Positions 38,774 through 48,782 of a DNA stretch of 64,000 nucleotides are shown here, in pieces. The notes beneath the pieces were generated by a model that ran no database searches, had not been told where the DNA came from, and saw only the letters and a program-made list of their open reading frames with translations. The stretch's first letter is position 1, and every line of letters begins with the position of its first letter. Both the position numbers and the translations under genes were made by a program. Source of the DNA: Calditrichia bacterium (GTDB lineage: Bacteria > Calditrichota > Calditrichia > Calditrichales > J004); contig JALXBH010000050.1 in assembly GCA_026991535.1 (NCBI GenBank), positions 14,380 to 78,379 of the forward strand, read 5' to 3'.

Positions 38774-40591
38774 TTATTCCGGAATGATCTTATAACTCAA
38801 TATGTGATAGACTCGATTAAATTGCGGGCTGTTACCGGGGATAATATGCCTGCTTTCCTCTTTCAGATGCCAGTGGCTCATCTTTTTGTTTTTCAGGATG
38901 ATTTTCTTTACAGTCTCCGTCCAGGGAACATCGATGCTGTGTTCATTACTCTTTATCCGGGTCTGGCGCACGTAAATCACCACCTGGTTACGGGTGGTTT
39001 GGCCAAGGTGTTCGAACAGTCGGTTATACTGTTTTAATAAATGGTAATACCGGAGAATCTCCTCTTGCCTGCTCATAAGCTCCAGGCGGGTAAAGAACTC
39101 ATCCATTTGCCGGGGCAGCCAGCGGGCCAGTCCTCCCTTTTCGGACATCTCCTCCCGGTATTCCTCCAAAAGCGCGTCGGGGATATCCCTGTGGCCCAAT
39201 AATTGCCGTTCCGCCTTTTGAACAACAGGCAAAAGCTTAAGCATTTCGATAATGTTGCGGTCTTCCCTGCTAAAGCCGCTTTTACCCAGGCGGTTGGGTA
39301 AAAAGAGAATCGTGCTGTCCCGAACCTCCGTCGTTTTAAATACATCGTCGTTAAAGCAGTTCAGGCGGCCGTAAGTCATGGGCAGCCAGGCGTCAAACTT
39401 GCCCAGCAGGTAGCGCTTTAGGTAAAAGCGCCGCAGATAATCGATCAGGCTGCTTACAAATGAAGGCAATTCCTTTTTTCTCAGAGCCCCCTGCAGGGTC
39501 ATGATCAGGGCGGCCAGAACGATGGTATTGAGTCCGCTATCCTTGCTCAGCGCACCGGTCTCAATCAGAAAACGGGTGCAGGCGGCATATTTTAAAAAAG
39601 GTTCGGGCAGGCTGAAACCGTGAGTTTTTAACCTCCGTCTTTCATCCTGCCAGTACGAAATAAACTGACCTTCGGCGCTGTACATAAACAGGTCGGTCTG
39701 GGCGGCGGCAGTGGCGCTCATCAGCATGTTTATTTTAGACTGTAACTCGTTTATCAGCGAGCTCAGTTCGGAAAGCCGGATATGCGGCAGGGCAGCGTTA
39801 GCCTGCTGGATGGCGGCCTTAATGGGGTTAAGCTCCACGGTTGTTACATCCAGGCCCAGACAGATCGCCCGGGTGTATATCTCCTCTTCGGTATCAAACA
39901 GGGCTTGCAGGCTGCTTTCCGGGTGGGGGGCCAGGGCGTTGAGCGAAGCCTGAATCCAGCGGCGGTCCGGCAGGCGTTGGCTTCTTTTTTTCAGGTCGAA
40001 GAAAAAAGAAGCGGGCCTGGGAGGGCGGGCATAGCTGATCATCTCGTAAGGATTCAGGTCGTTTTCGGCCTCGGGTGAAAGAAGCAGTTCCTCCTTAAGG
40101 TTCTTAATCTGAGTGTCGGCCTCGTTCTCATTGCGGCTGGTCTGTTCAATATAAAGCAGGCGATCCCATAAAAAAGAGCGGGTACTTATGCGGAAAACGC
40201 GCCATAGATAGACGTTGTATTCCCGGTAAGGCATGTTGGAGAGCTCCTCCCTCAGCCATTGGGGGTCCGGCTCCAGGGCCTGTTGAAACAGGAAAATCTC
40301 TTTAATGTAGGCCAGGCGTTTTAACAGGGGGATAACATTGGGGGGCGCGTCGCCGCTCCAAAGATAGCCGTGGCGTCCACGGCCGGGCAGGCCGTCGGTC
40401 AGGGCGTTTTGCAGGGGCAAATCCTTTTCGATGATCCTTTTGATCTCCGGCTGTTGCGAGAGCTGAAAGATATTGTCAATCGGTAAAACCGGCCCCAGCA
40501 GGGCGCTAATCTCCATTTCGGAAAAACGGCGTACTTCCTCCACCGGTTGCTGTAAATCCAAAAGTTTAAAATAGAGGTACTTGTTTCGCAT
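38774..40591 (-). CDS. Hypothetical 605-aa protein, translationally coupled to glgC
   Basis: Long uninterrupted ORF. Its ATG lies 1 nt after the glgC TGA. No signal peptide, TM segment or catalytic motif that I recognise. Confidence 0.6.
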   Translation of the reverse strand: MRNKYLYFKLLDLQQPVEEVRRFSEMEISALLGPVLPIDNIFQLSQQPEIKRIIEKDLPLQNALTDGLPGRGRHGYLWSGDAPPNVIPLLKRLAYIKEIFLFQQALEPDPQWLREELSNMPYREYNVYLWRVFRISTRSFLWDRLLYIEQTSRNENEADTQIKNLKEELLLSPEAENDLNPYEMISYARPPRPASFFFDLKKRSQRLPDRRWIQASLNALAPHPESSLQALFDTEEEIYTRAICLGLDVTTVELNPIKAAIQQANAALPHIRLSELSSLINELQSKINMLMSATAAAQTDLFMYSAEGQFISYWQDERRRLKTHGFSLPEPFLKYAACTRFLIETGALSKDSGLNTIVLAALIMTLQGALRKKELPSFVSSLIDYLRRFYLKRYLLGKFDAWLPMTYGRLNCFNDDVFKTTEVRDSTILFLPNRLGKSGFSREDRNIIEMLKLLPVVQKAERQLLGHRDIPDALLEEYREEMSEKGGLARWLPRQMDEFFTRLELMSRQEEILRYYHLLKQYNRLFEHLGQTTRNQVVIYVRQTRIKSNEHSIDVPWTETVKKIILKNKKMSHWHLKEESRHIIPGNSPQFNRVYHILSYKIIPE

Positions 40592-40592
40592 A

Positions 40593-41870
40593 TCAGATGA
40601 TGGTGTTGTCGGGTATGACGGTACCCTTGGCGATTATGATGATACCGTCCCGAATGGTGTAAAGCTTTTCCCGTACTTCCCTTTGGTTGTCCTTGTTTAT
40701 GAGCTGAACATTGTTGCCGATGCGGCAATCCATGTCCACAATGGAGTTGCGTATGATGCAGTTTTTGCCAATACCCAGATTAGGCATGTTGCTATCCTGA
40801 TTCCTGTCGCGCTCCACAATGTGTTCATAGCGGGCGTTACCCATGATGATGGAACGTTGAATCAGTGTGCCTTCGTCGATAAAGGAACGGATACCGATAA
40901 CGGCATGCTCAATAATCGAGCCCAGCAATATGGAGCCCTCGGAGATCACCGAATGGTTTATCTGGCACTGGTTTATCTTTGAGGCCGGCAGGTACCGCGG
41001 ATGTGTGAAAAAAGGATATTTTTCATCATAAAAATTGAACTTGGGTATGGGGGTTGTAAAATCCATATGCGCCTCAAAAAAGGCACGGATGGTTCCGATA
41101 TCTTCCCAATAGCCGTCAAAGAAGTAGGCAAAAACTTTTTTCTCTGTTAAACTGTCCGGTATGATTTCCTTACCGAAGTCCTCCTTTTGGTTGTTCTCCA
41201 AAAGCTTAAACAGCACCTCTTTTTTAAAGATGTAAATACCCATGGAGGCAATATGACGCCGTTCGCCCGGGTCAATGTGGAATTCATGGAAAAGGGTTTC
41301 CTCAATATGCAGAGTGTCGAGGACCTCCTTTTCCCGGGGTTTTTCCACGAACTCAGTTATGCGTCCCTTTTTATTGGCCTTGAGGATGCCAAATCCGGCC
41401 GCATCCTTTTCGTGAACCGGTTTGACGGCAATGGTGATATCGGCGTCCTTTTCAATATGGTAGCGCAGAAAGGAGCGATAATCCATGCGGTACAGGTGAT
41501 CTCCGGAGAGGATGATGATATGTTCGTGGGCGCTTTTAAAAAAGGAGATGTTTTTGCGCACCGCGTCGGCCGTGCCCTGATACCAGTCATTATTTTCGGT
41601 TGTCTGTTGCGCGGCCAGAATGCGGATCGACCCCCGGGAAAAATTATCAAAGCGGTAAGAGTCGTATATATGCCGGTGCAGGGACTCCGTATTGAATTGG
41701 GTCAGGATAAAAATATCACGGACGCCGGCATGAAGACAATTGCTCATGGGAATATCGATCAAACGGAATTTGCCGCCGATGGGTACGGCGGGCTTGGAAC
41801 GTACCTGCGTCAACGGGTCCAGTCGCGAGCCCCGTCCGCCGCCTAAAATGACGGCTGTCATATTGTTCAT
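40593..41870 (-). CDS. glgC: Glucose-1-phosphate adenylyltransferase
   Basis: N-terminal GGGRGSRLDPLT, followed by a nucleotidyltransferase fold and a C-terminal left-handed beta-helix region. Confidence 0.9.
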   Translation of the reverse strand: MNNMTAVILGGGRGSRLDPLTQVRSKPAVPIGGKFRLIDIPMSNCLHAGVRDIFILTQFNTESLHRHIYDSYRFDNFSRGSIRILAAQQTTENNDWYQGTADAVRKNISFFKSAHEHIIILSGDHLYRMDYRSFLRYHIEKDADITIAVKPVHEKDAAGFGILKANKKGRITEFVEKPREKEVLDTLHIEETLFHEFHIDPGERRHIASMGIYIFKKEVLFKLLENNQKEDFGKEIIPDSLTEKKVFAYFFDGYWEDIGTIRAFFEAHMDFTTPIPKFNFYDEKYPFFTHPRYLPASKINQCQINHSVISEGSILLGSIIEHAVIGIRSFIDEGTLIQRSIIMGNARYEHIVERDRNQDSNMPNLGIGKNCIIRNSIVDMDCRIGNNVQLINKDNQREVREKLYTIRDGIIIIAKGTVIPDNTII

Positions 41871-41882
41871 ATCACCCCCGGG

Positions 41883-42230
41883 TCAAACGAGGCGGGCAAA
41901 ATCCAATAGGCCCTGCTCGTCGTAACCGATAAAATAGTTATTGTTGTTTTCAAGTAAAGGCCGCTTAATCATCGCCTGATTTTGTTGAAGTATATCCAGA
42001 AGTTGATCGTCGCTCAAAGACTTTTCTTTAATGCCCAGGTCGCGGTATGTCCGGCCCCGCGTGTTTATTAGCTTCATTAAACCCAGCCTGTCGCTGATTT
42101 CCTTTAATTTGCCGGGGGAAAGCGGCGTTGCGCGCACATCAATAAACTGAAACGGGATGCCGTGCCGATCCAGAAGTTTTTTGGTTTTGCGAATGGTATC
42201 GCAGTTGGGGATGCCGTACAGCCGTAGCAT
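41883..42230 (-). CDS. ArsC/Spx-family thioredoxin-fold protein (YffB-like)
   Basis: Start reset to MLRLYGIPNCDTIRKTKKLL. The single CDT motif and length (115 aa) are typical of ArsC-family proteins. Ends 12 nt upstream of glgC. Confidence 0.7.
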   Translation of the reverse strand: MLRLYGIPNCDTIRKTKKLLDRHGIPFQFIDVRATPLSPGKLKEISDRLGLMKLINTRGRTYRDLGIKEKSLSDDQLLDILQQNQAMIKRPLLENNNNYFIGYDEQGLLDFARLV

Positions 42231-42512
42231 GGTTTTGTCTCCGTCTAAGTAGCTAAATATACCGTGATTTACCATAAAAATCTAACTTTTAAGACTCTGC
42301 GGAAACCTGTCCTCTTTGGGGGATGGTCTGTTATGTGTCCGGAAAATCGACCGGATATGAAAGGACAAAAAAAACAGTCCGCGTATGGGTTCAAAGTTTG
42401 TTTTCCGGCCTAACTATGCTTTTGACTGTCTGCCCCCTGATTTTGCCAAAATATTAGAAAAATATAAGTCAATTGTCAGAAATATTTACCGAAACTATTT
42501 GATTCACATTTT

Positions 42513-42538
42513 TTAGTAACTATATTTAGTGTTACTAA
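42513..42538. promoter_or_regulatory. Perfect inverted repeat TTAGTAAC-N10-GTTACTAA (candidate operator)
   Basis: Read directly from the sequence, 37 nt upstream of the GH13 ATG (42575). Lies in the 344-nt divergent intergenic region. The spacer contains TATATTT. Confidence 0.3.
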
Positions 42539-42574
42539 TGGATCGGCGACGTCTCACTCAAACCATTTTTATCT

Positions 42575-44398
42575 ATGTATCGACTCTTTTTTTTGCTGAC
42601 CGTGCTTCTGCTTTCCTGTAAGCAGCATCCCGTGGTTTCCGGCCCGGAGTGGGTGCCGTCGTCCGTGTTTTATCAAATTTTCCCGGAGCGTTTTGCCAAC
42701 GGGGACAGCACCAACGATCCTACACGGGCCAGCCTGGCCGGCAGCTATCCCCATGACACGACCAACGCCTGGCATATCAGTCCCTGGACGTCCGACTGGT
42801 ATAAGCTGCAACCCTGGGAAAAGGCCAATGGCAAGGGCTTTGCCTATAATGCTCAACGAAGGCGATACGGAGGCGATCTGCAGGGGATAATCAACCGTCT
42901 GGACTACCTGCAAAAGCTGGGTATCAACGCCATCTATCTCAACCCCGTTTTCTATTCTCCCTCCCTGCATAAATACGATGCCGCCGCATATCATCATATC
43001 GATCCCTATTTTGGTCCCGATCCCCGGGCCGATTTAAAGCTGTTTGAAAAGGAAAACCCCGCCGATCCCGCAACCTGGCAATGGAGCAGCGCCGACAAGC
43101 TTTTTCTAAAGCTGTTGGAGCAGGCGCACGGCAGGGGCATGCGTGTTATCATCGACGGCGTTTTTAACCACACCGGTATAAATTTTTGGGCCTTCCGTGA
43201 TGTGCGGGAAAAGGGCGCGGACTCGCCTTTTGCTTCGTGGTATACCATAAAACGCTTTGACGATCCTTCTACCTCCCGCGATGAGTTTGATTACCAGGGG
43301 TGGATGAATGTGCGCGAACTGCCCGAACTGAAGGAAGATGAAAACGGTTTAATTGCGCCGGTGGCGGAACACATATTTGCCGTCGTCCGACGTTGGATGG
43401 ACCCCAACGGAGATGGTGATCCCTCCGACGGCATAGACGGTTGGCGCCTGGATGTGGCCGAAATGGTGCAACATCCCTTTTGGAAAAAGTTCAGGGAAGA
43501 GGTTAAGTCCTTAAACCCCCAGGCCTATATTACCTGCGAAATTTTTTGGGAGGACTGGGCCAATAACAAATTAATGGATCCAGGACCCTGGCTGCAAGGC
43601 GATCAGTTTGACGGAGTGATGAACTATCGCTGGGCGGCGGCCATGACCCGCTTTTTTATTGATGACAGCACCCGCTACAACGCCGATGAGTTTGCCCGGG
43701 AGATTATGCGCCTCGACCGTAGTTATGCCCCGGAAACACGTTACCAACTGCTTAACCTGATGGACAGTCACGATACGGACCGGCTGGCGTCCAATATTGT
43801 AAACCCCGATCTTTTTTATGATAAAATGGTGGGGCTGAACGACAATCCGCGTTACAACGTGCGGCGTCCCAATGATGGGGAGTGGCGGAAGCTGCGTCTT
43901 ATTGCCATGGTGCAAATGACCTTTCCCGGCCCTCCGATGATCTACTACGGCACCGAGGCCGGTATGTGGGGCGCCGACGACCCCGATGAGCGCAAGCCCA
44001 TGGTCTGGCCGGAAATGACCTACGAAACCGAAACCGCCAATATCAGCCTTACCCCGCGCCCCGCGGACCCCGTCCTTTTTGACAGCACCCTTTATAACTT
44101 TTACTCCCGACTCATCCATTTACGATTGTCGCAGCCCGCGTTGACCCGGGGCAGCATGAAGTTTGTCTTTTCCGATCGGGAAAAGGATATCCTGGCCTAC
44201 AAGCGTATTCTGGGGATGGATGAAATTTTGGTATTGATCAACAACTCTTCCTCGGAGCAGACGGTCTTTCTCCCCGAGTATGATTCCAGGTGGCAGAACC
44301 TTATCCTGGGTAAGCCTTTTGTTTATATCAACCGGGAAGGCGTACGCATGGCGGGCAAAAGCGCCTTTATCCTTAAAAAGGTAAGTGAAGATGCGTAG
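42575..44398 (+). CDS. GH13 alpha-amylase-family lipoprotein (neopullulanase/cyclomaltodextrinase-like)
   Basis: Lipobox LLLSCK. GH13 regions are DGVFNHTG, GWRLDVAEMV, ITCEIFW, LMDSHD. Confidence 0.85.
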   Translation: MYRLFFLLTVLLLSCKQHPVVSGPEWVPSSVFYQIFPERFANGDSTNDPTRASLAGSYPHDTTNAWHISPWTSDWYKLQPWEKANGKGFAYNAQRRRYGGDLQGIINRLDYLQKLGINAIYLNPVFYSPSLHKYDAAAYHHIDPYFGPDPRADLKLFEKENPADPATWQWSSADKLFLKLLEQAHGRGMRVIIDGVFNHTGINFWAFRDVREKGADSPFASWYTIKRFDDPSTSRDEFDYQGWMNVRELPELKEDENGLIAPVAEHIFAVVRRWMDPNGDGDPSDGIDGWRLDVAEMVQHPFWKKFREEVKSLNPQAYITCEIFWEDWANNKLMDPGPWLQGDQFDGVMNYRWAAAMTRFFIDDSTRYNADEFAREIMRLDRSYAPETRYQLLNLMDSHDTDRLASNIVNPDLFYDKMVGLNDNPRYNVRRPNDGEWRKLRLIAMVQMTFPGPPMIYYGTEAGMWGADDPDERKPMVWPEMTYETETANISLTPRPADPVLFDSTLYNFYSRLIHLRLSQPALTRGSMKFVFSDREKDILAYKRILGMDEILVLINNSSSEQTVFLPEYDSRWQNLILGKPFVYINREGVRMAGKSAFILKKVSEDA

Positions 44399-46043
44399 GC
44401 TTTTTTTTATGGCAATGGCTGTGCTCTTGCTGGCCTCCTGCCGTCAGCAACCGGTACAAACGGTGGCGACTGTGGGAGACTACACGGTCGACTTTGACAG
44501 CTACCTGAAGCGCTACCGTGAGTATCTGTTTACATCGGCCATGAAGGATAACCTGGTAACCCGCAGGCAGGTGGCGCAAAACATGGCGCATGAACTGTTG
44601 CTTAAGTATTATGATGACAATAGCGCCCTGGAAAACGATCCCGAATATAAAAAGGAGCTGGAGTGGGCCAAAAATCAAATGATCCTCGGTTATCTGAAGG
44701 ATCAGGAAGTATACGCCCGCATAACCGCGGATGAGCGGGAGGTGCGCCGGGCCTTTGCCCGCAGCAAGGAAAAGATAGCCGCCCGGCACCTGTACGCCCC
44801 TACCCGTGAAGAAGCAGAGCGTTTATACACGGCCTTAAAGCAGGGCGCCTCCTTTGAGGAGCTGGCCCGGAAAACCTTTACCGATTCCATCCTGAAAAGC
44901 AATGGCGGTTACCTGGGATATTTTAGCTGGGGGGACATGGACCCCGCCTTTGAGGACAGCGCCTACAGTCTGCGACCTGGGGAAATATCCCGTCCCGTAA
45001 AAACGGCGCAGGGTTACAGCATTATAAAAGTGGAGGACCGCAAGCCCGCGCCCCTGTTGACGGAAACACAATATCTAAACGCCCGGCGCGGCATAGAGCG
45101 CATTTTGCGTATCAATAAAAAACGTCCGGCGGAGCAGGCTTTTTTAAAGCAGCGTTTTGATGAAGAAAAATTAAATTTTTACGATGAAGGTCTCAGTCGT
45201 CTGGTAGGGAGGCTCTCCGCCCGCGACGAAGAACGGCGGGAGGCGTATGATACGGTGGCCGCCTATGGCGAACGGGTATTTACCCTGGCTGATATCAGGA
45301 AGGAGCTGGAGCGTGTCCCGCAAAGCGTACAGGCCGCCATTGTCGATATCCCTTCGCTAAAGGCGGCGATTAAGGGTTTGCTTATACAGAAGGCCTTGCT
45401 GGATGAAGCCCGGGAAAAAGGATATGACGAAGCGCCCCTTGTGCGGGAGAAGGTGGAAACGGCACGCAATAATCTTTTTCTGAAATTTAAGTTTAATCAG
45501 GTTTTACGGGCCTTTACCGTACCCGATAGCGCCTTGAAGGCCTACTATCTGGATCATAAGGACGAATTTAAATCGCCCCGCAAGCTGGAAGTCTCCGAAA
45601 TTCTGGTGGACAGCGAGGACAAGGCCCTGGAGTTAAAAGCCCGTTTGATGGCCGGGGAAGATTTTGGAAAGCTGGCCCGGGAGCATTCCCTGCGCCGCTG
45701 GTCCGCGGAGCGGGGCGGGCGGATGGGGCTTTCGGATTGGGGCCGCTTCGGTCTGTTGCGCGGAAAACTATGGAAGGCGCCCCTGAACAAAGTTGTGGGG
45801 CCCTGGCAGGCGCGAGGTCTGTTTGGTCTGTTTAAGGTAACCCGCCGCATAAAGCCCGGGCCGCAAAGTTACAAAGCCGTAAAAGAGGAACTTATTCAAA
45901 GATATAAAAAAGAGTATGAATGGAAGATAATGTTTATCTATTTGAATAATCTTTATAAAAAAACAAAGATCAGCTATAACAATGACCTGATAAAATCCTT
46001 TGTTTTGGATGAAACAATCGATGGGATCAGTAAGGAGCACTAA
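44385..46043 (+). CDS. SurA/PrsA-like peptidyl-prolyl isomerase lipoprotein (two parvulin-like domains)
   Basis: Lipobox LLASC. Parvulin-like segments (NGGYLGYFSWGDMDPAFEDSAY...GYSIIKV and GGRMGLSDWGRF...LFGLFKV). Confidence 0.7.
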   Translation: MKMRRLFFMAMAVLLLASCRQQPVQTVATVGDYTVDFDSYLKRYREYLFTSAMKDNLVTRRQVAQNMAHELLLKYYDDNSALENDPEYKKELEWAKNQMILGYLKDQEVYARITADEREVRRAFARSKEKIAARHLYAPTREEAERLYTALKQGASFEELARKTFTDSILKSNGGYLGYFSWGDMDPAFEDSAYSLRPGEISRPVKTAQGYSIIKVEDRKPAPLLTETQYLNARRGIERILRINKKRPAEQAFLKQRFDEEKLNFYDEGLSRLVGRLSARDEERREAYDTVAAYGERVFTLADIRKELERVPQSVQAAIVDIPSLKAAIKGLLIQKALLDEAREKGYDEAPLVREKVETARNNLFLKFKFNQVLRAFTVPDSALKAYYLDHKDEFKSPRKLEVSEILVDSEDKALELKARLMAGEDFGKLAREHSLRRWSAERGGRMGLSDWGRFGLLRGKLWKAPLNKVVGPWQARGLFGLFKVTRRIKPGPQSYKAVKEELIQRYKKEYEWKIMFIYLNNLYKKTKISYNNDLIKSFVLDETIDGISKEH

Positions 46044-48758
46044 ATGAGACAAAAGTTCTTTACACTGTTTTTATTGGCTTGCGTTCAGGGGCTGATGGCC
46101 GGAACGACGGGTAAGATAGCCGGTCATGTTCAGGACAAGAACAGTGGCGAACCCTTGATCGGGGTCAATATATACCTTGAAAATACCGTGTTGGGCGCCA
46201 CCACCGATGTTAATGGTGATTATGTTATCCTCAACATTCCGCCGGGTAAGTACACGGTTATTGCCCAGTACATCGGCTATCATGAGGTTAAAATGGAAGG
46301 GGTGCGCATCAGCATCGACCGTACCACAACATTGGACTTTACGCTGTCCGAGGAGACGATGGAACTGGAGTCGGCCATTGTGGTACAGGCGCAACGCGAT
46401 CTGATCCAGAAAGACCTTACTTCCAGCAAGGCTGTGGTTTCCTCCGAGCAGATCGAATCCCTGCCGGTGGTGGAGATGAGTGACATATTACAGCTACAGC
46501 CGGGCGTAAGCCGCGGGGCCAACGGTGAGTTTCACATTCGCGGCGGTCGCAGTTCCGAGATTGCCTATCAGGTAAACGGGGTTTCCATCAGCGATGCCTA
46601 TGACGGCAGCCAGGCCGTGGATATAGACAACAACAGTATTCAGGAGATCGAGGTTATTTCCGGTACCTTCCCCGCCGAATACGGTAACGCCATGTCCGGC
46701 GTGGTGAACGCCGTAACCAAGGAGGGCTCCCAAACCTTTGAAGGTAATGTTCAGGTTTTCAGCGGCGACTATCTTAGCAACTTTACCGATTATTTTTTCA
46801 ATATAGATAATTTCAATCCCGCTCAGGACTACAGTCTGCGCGGCTCCCTCAGCGGACCCATTTTTCGTAACCTGACCTTTTTTATGACCACCCGTTATAA
46901 TTATACCGACGGCTATCTGTATGGCACGCGCAAGTTTTCGGTTAACGGGGATACCTTGGTGGCCCAACGTCCGGACGGCACTTTTGAAAACGGGGCTATT
47001 GTGCCCATGAACTGGAGTAAAAACTGGACGGGGCAGGGCAAGCTTACCTTTACACCGACGGGGACGCTCAAGCTTACTTCCGAGTTCCTGTTTTCCCGTC
47101 GTAATTTTCAGGACTATGACCATAATCTGAAATATGCACCCGATGGAAATTTAAATAAGTTTCTGGATAGCTATAACGGCTGGTTTTCCATGACGCATAC
47201 CCTTTCGGCCACCACTTTTTATGAGGTAAAAACGGCTTATCTTGTTAAGCAATTTAAGCAGTATCTTTACGAAAGCCCCACGGATCCCCGTTACCTGGAC
47301 CCCTCCGGACGCGTGGTTGGCGAAAATGTTGTTCCCTGGCGCGCGGACGGCAATGCTTTTGCCACCGGCGGTACCAACAACAGCCGTTTTTCACGGGAGA
47401 CCCGTACCTTTCAGGTACGCGCCGATATCGTTTCACAGTTAAATAAAAACCATCTGGTAAAGATGGGTTTGGAGACGCGTATCCATCGCCTGAGCCTGGA
47501 TGACTACAGCGTGCAGGACGGCGCGATCAATGATAAAGACCTTTTTCTGCCCACCGTCCCGGATAAAAACAGCGCTCAGCGCTCCAACTATGTACGTAAG
47601 CCCGTCGAATTTGCCGGCTATATTCAGGATAAAATCGAATATCAGGATCTGACCATCAATGTGGGTGTGCGTCTCGATTATTTTGATCCCAATGCCAAGG
47701 TGCCGGCCATCCAAAGCGATCCCGATATCAATGACCCGATCAATGCCGCCTATGATTCCGTTTCCTATGCCGAAAGAGAAAGTGTTTATCTGAGGGACGC
47801 CACGGCCAAGTGGCAGATCAGTCCCCGTCTGGGTATTTCCTATCCCATCAACAGCGAGGGTACCATTCACTTTTCCTATGGCCACTTTTTGCAGGTACCT
47901 TCCTTTGAATACCTCTATAACCGCAGCGATTACCGTCTGCCCGACAACCCCAATAACGAGGGGGTTTTCGGCAATGCCGACCTGGACGCCCAGCGTACCA
48001 TTATGTATGAGCTGGGCCTGCAACAGGGCTTTGCCAGGGATTACCGGTTGGATGTAACCGGCTTTTACCGCGATGTGCGCGATTGGATCAGTACCAGCGC
48101 CCCCATCCGCACCCTGAACAACGGCACCTATATTAAATATATCAACAAGGATTATTCGAATATCAAAGGCCTAACCCTGAGCTTTAACAAGCGGTATAGT
48201 AACAACTATTCCTTTGATATGAGCTATACCTTTCAAATTGCCGAAGGCAGCAACTCGTCCCCCGAGGATGAGTTTAACGCCATCAACTCCGGCGCGGCGC
48301 CGACCATCTTTATTTTACCGCTGGACTGGGATCAGCGTCATTTGCTAAATCTCTCCTTTTACTATGGCATGGAAAACTGGGGCAGCAGTATTATTGCCCG
48401 TTTCGGCTCCGGCCTGCCTTACACGCCCAGCATCACCCAGGTCACTTCCGATCGCGGCATCAGCGCCGGCCTGCAACGCAACAGCCGGGAAAGGCCGGGT
48501 CAGTTTACTATTGATCTGCGCCTGCATTATGCCTTTGAACTGGCCTCGGCCCGCATGACTGCCTTTTTACGCGTGTTTAACCTGCTGGACAACCGTGTGG
48601 TTGTTAATGTTTTTGGCGACACGGGTAAGGCGGATTTTACTACTAACTATATCAATGTAACAACCAACGGACCAAATACTGTTCAGGAATATACCCGCTT
48701 TCCATGGCACTATGCCCCGCCAAGAAGGGTGCAATTCGGTCTGGAAATGGCTCTGTAA
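46044..48758 (+). CDS. TonB-dependent receptor-like outer-membrane protein with an N-terminal carboxypeptidase-regulatory-like domain (SusC-like architecture)
   Basis: Signal peptide. CarboxypepD_reg-like segment (GKIAGHVQDKNSGEPLIGVNIY...GDYVILNIPPGKYTV). Plug motifs (HIRGGRSSEIAYQVNGVSI). Long beta-barrel region. Confidence 0.8.
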   Translation: MRQKFFTLFLLACVQGLMAGTTGKIAGHVQDKNSGEPLIGVNIYLENTVLGATTDVNGDYVILNIPPGKYTVIAQYIGYHEVKMEGVRISIDRTTTLDFTLSEETMELESAIVVQAQRDLIQKDLTSSKAVVSSEQIESLPVVEMSDILQLQPGVSRGANGEFHIRGGRSSEIAYQVNGVSISDAYDGSQAVDIDNNSIQEIEVISGTFPAEYGNAMSGVVNAVTKEGSQTFEGNVQVFSGDYLSNFTDYFFNIDNFNPAQDYSLRGSLSGPIFRNLTFFMTTRYNYTDGYLYGTRKFSVNGDTLVAQRPDGTFENGAIVPMNWSKNWTGQGKLTFTPTGTLKLTSEFLFSRRNFQDYDHNLKYAPDGNLNKFLDSYNGWFSMTHTLSATTFYEVKTAYLVKQFKQYLYESPTDPRYLDPSGRVVGENVVPWRADGNAFATGGTNNSRFSRETRTFQVRADIVSQLNKNHLVKMGLETRIHRLSLDDYSVQDGAINDKDLFLPTVPDKNSAQRSNYVRKPVEFAGYIQDKIEYQDLTINVGVRLDYFDPNAKVPAIQSDPDINDPINAAYDSVSYAERESVYLRDATAKWQISPRLGISYPINSEGTIHFSYGHFLQVPSFEYLYNRSDYRLPDNPNNEGVFGNADLDAQRTIMYELGLQQGFARDYRLDVTGFYRDVRDWISTSAPIRTLNNGTYIKYINKDYSNIKGLTLSFNKRYSNNYSFDMSYTFQIAEGSNSSPEDEFNAINSGAAPTIFILPLDWDQRHLLNLSFYYGMENWGSSIIARFGSGLPYTPSITQVTSDRGISAGLQRNSRERPGQFTIDLRLHYAFELASARMTAFLRVFNLLDNRVVVNVFGDTGKADFTTNYINVTTNGPNTVQEYTRFPWHYAPPRRVQFGLEMAL

Positions 48759-48782
48759 CCGCTTTAGCAGGAGATACTTTTG

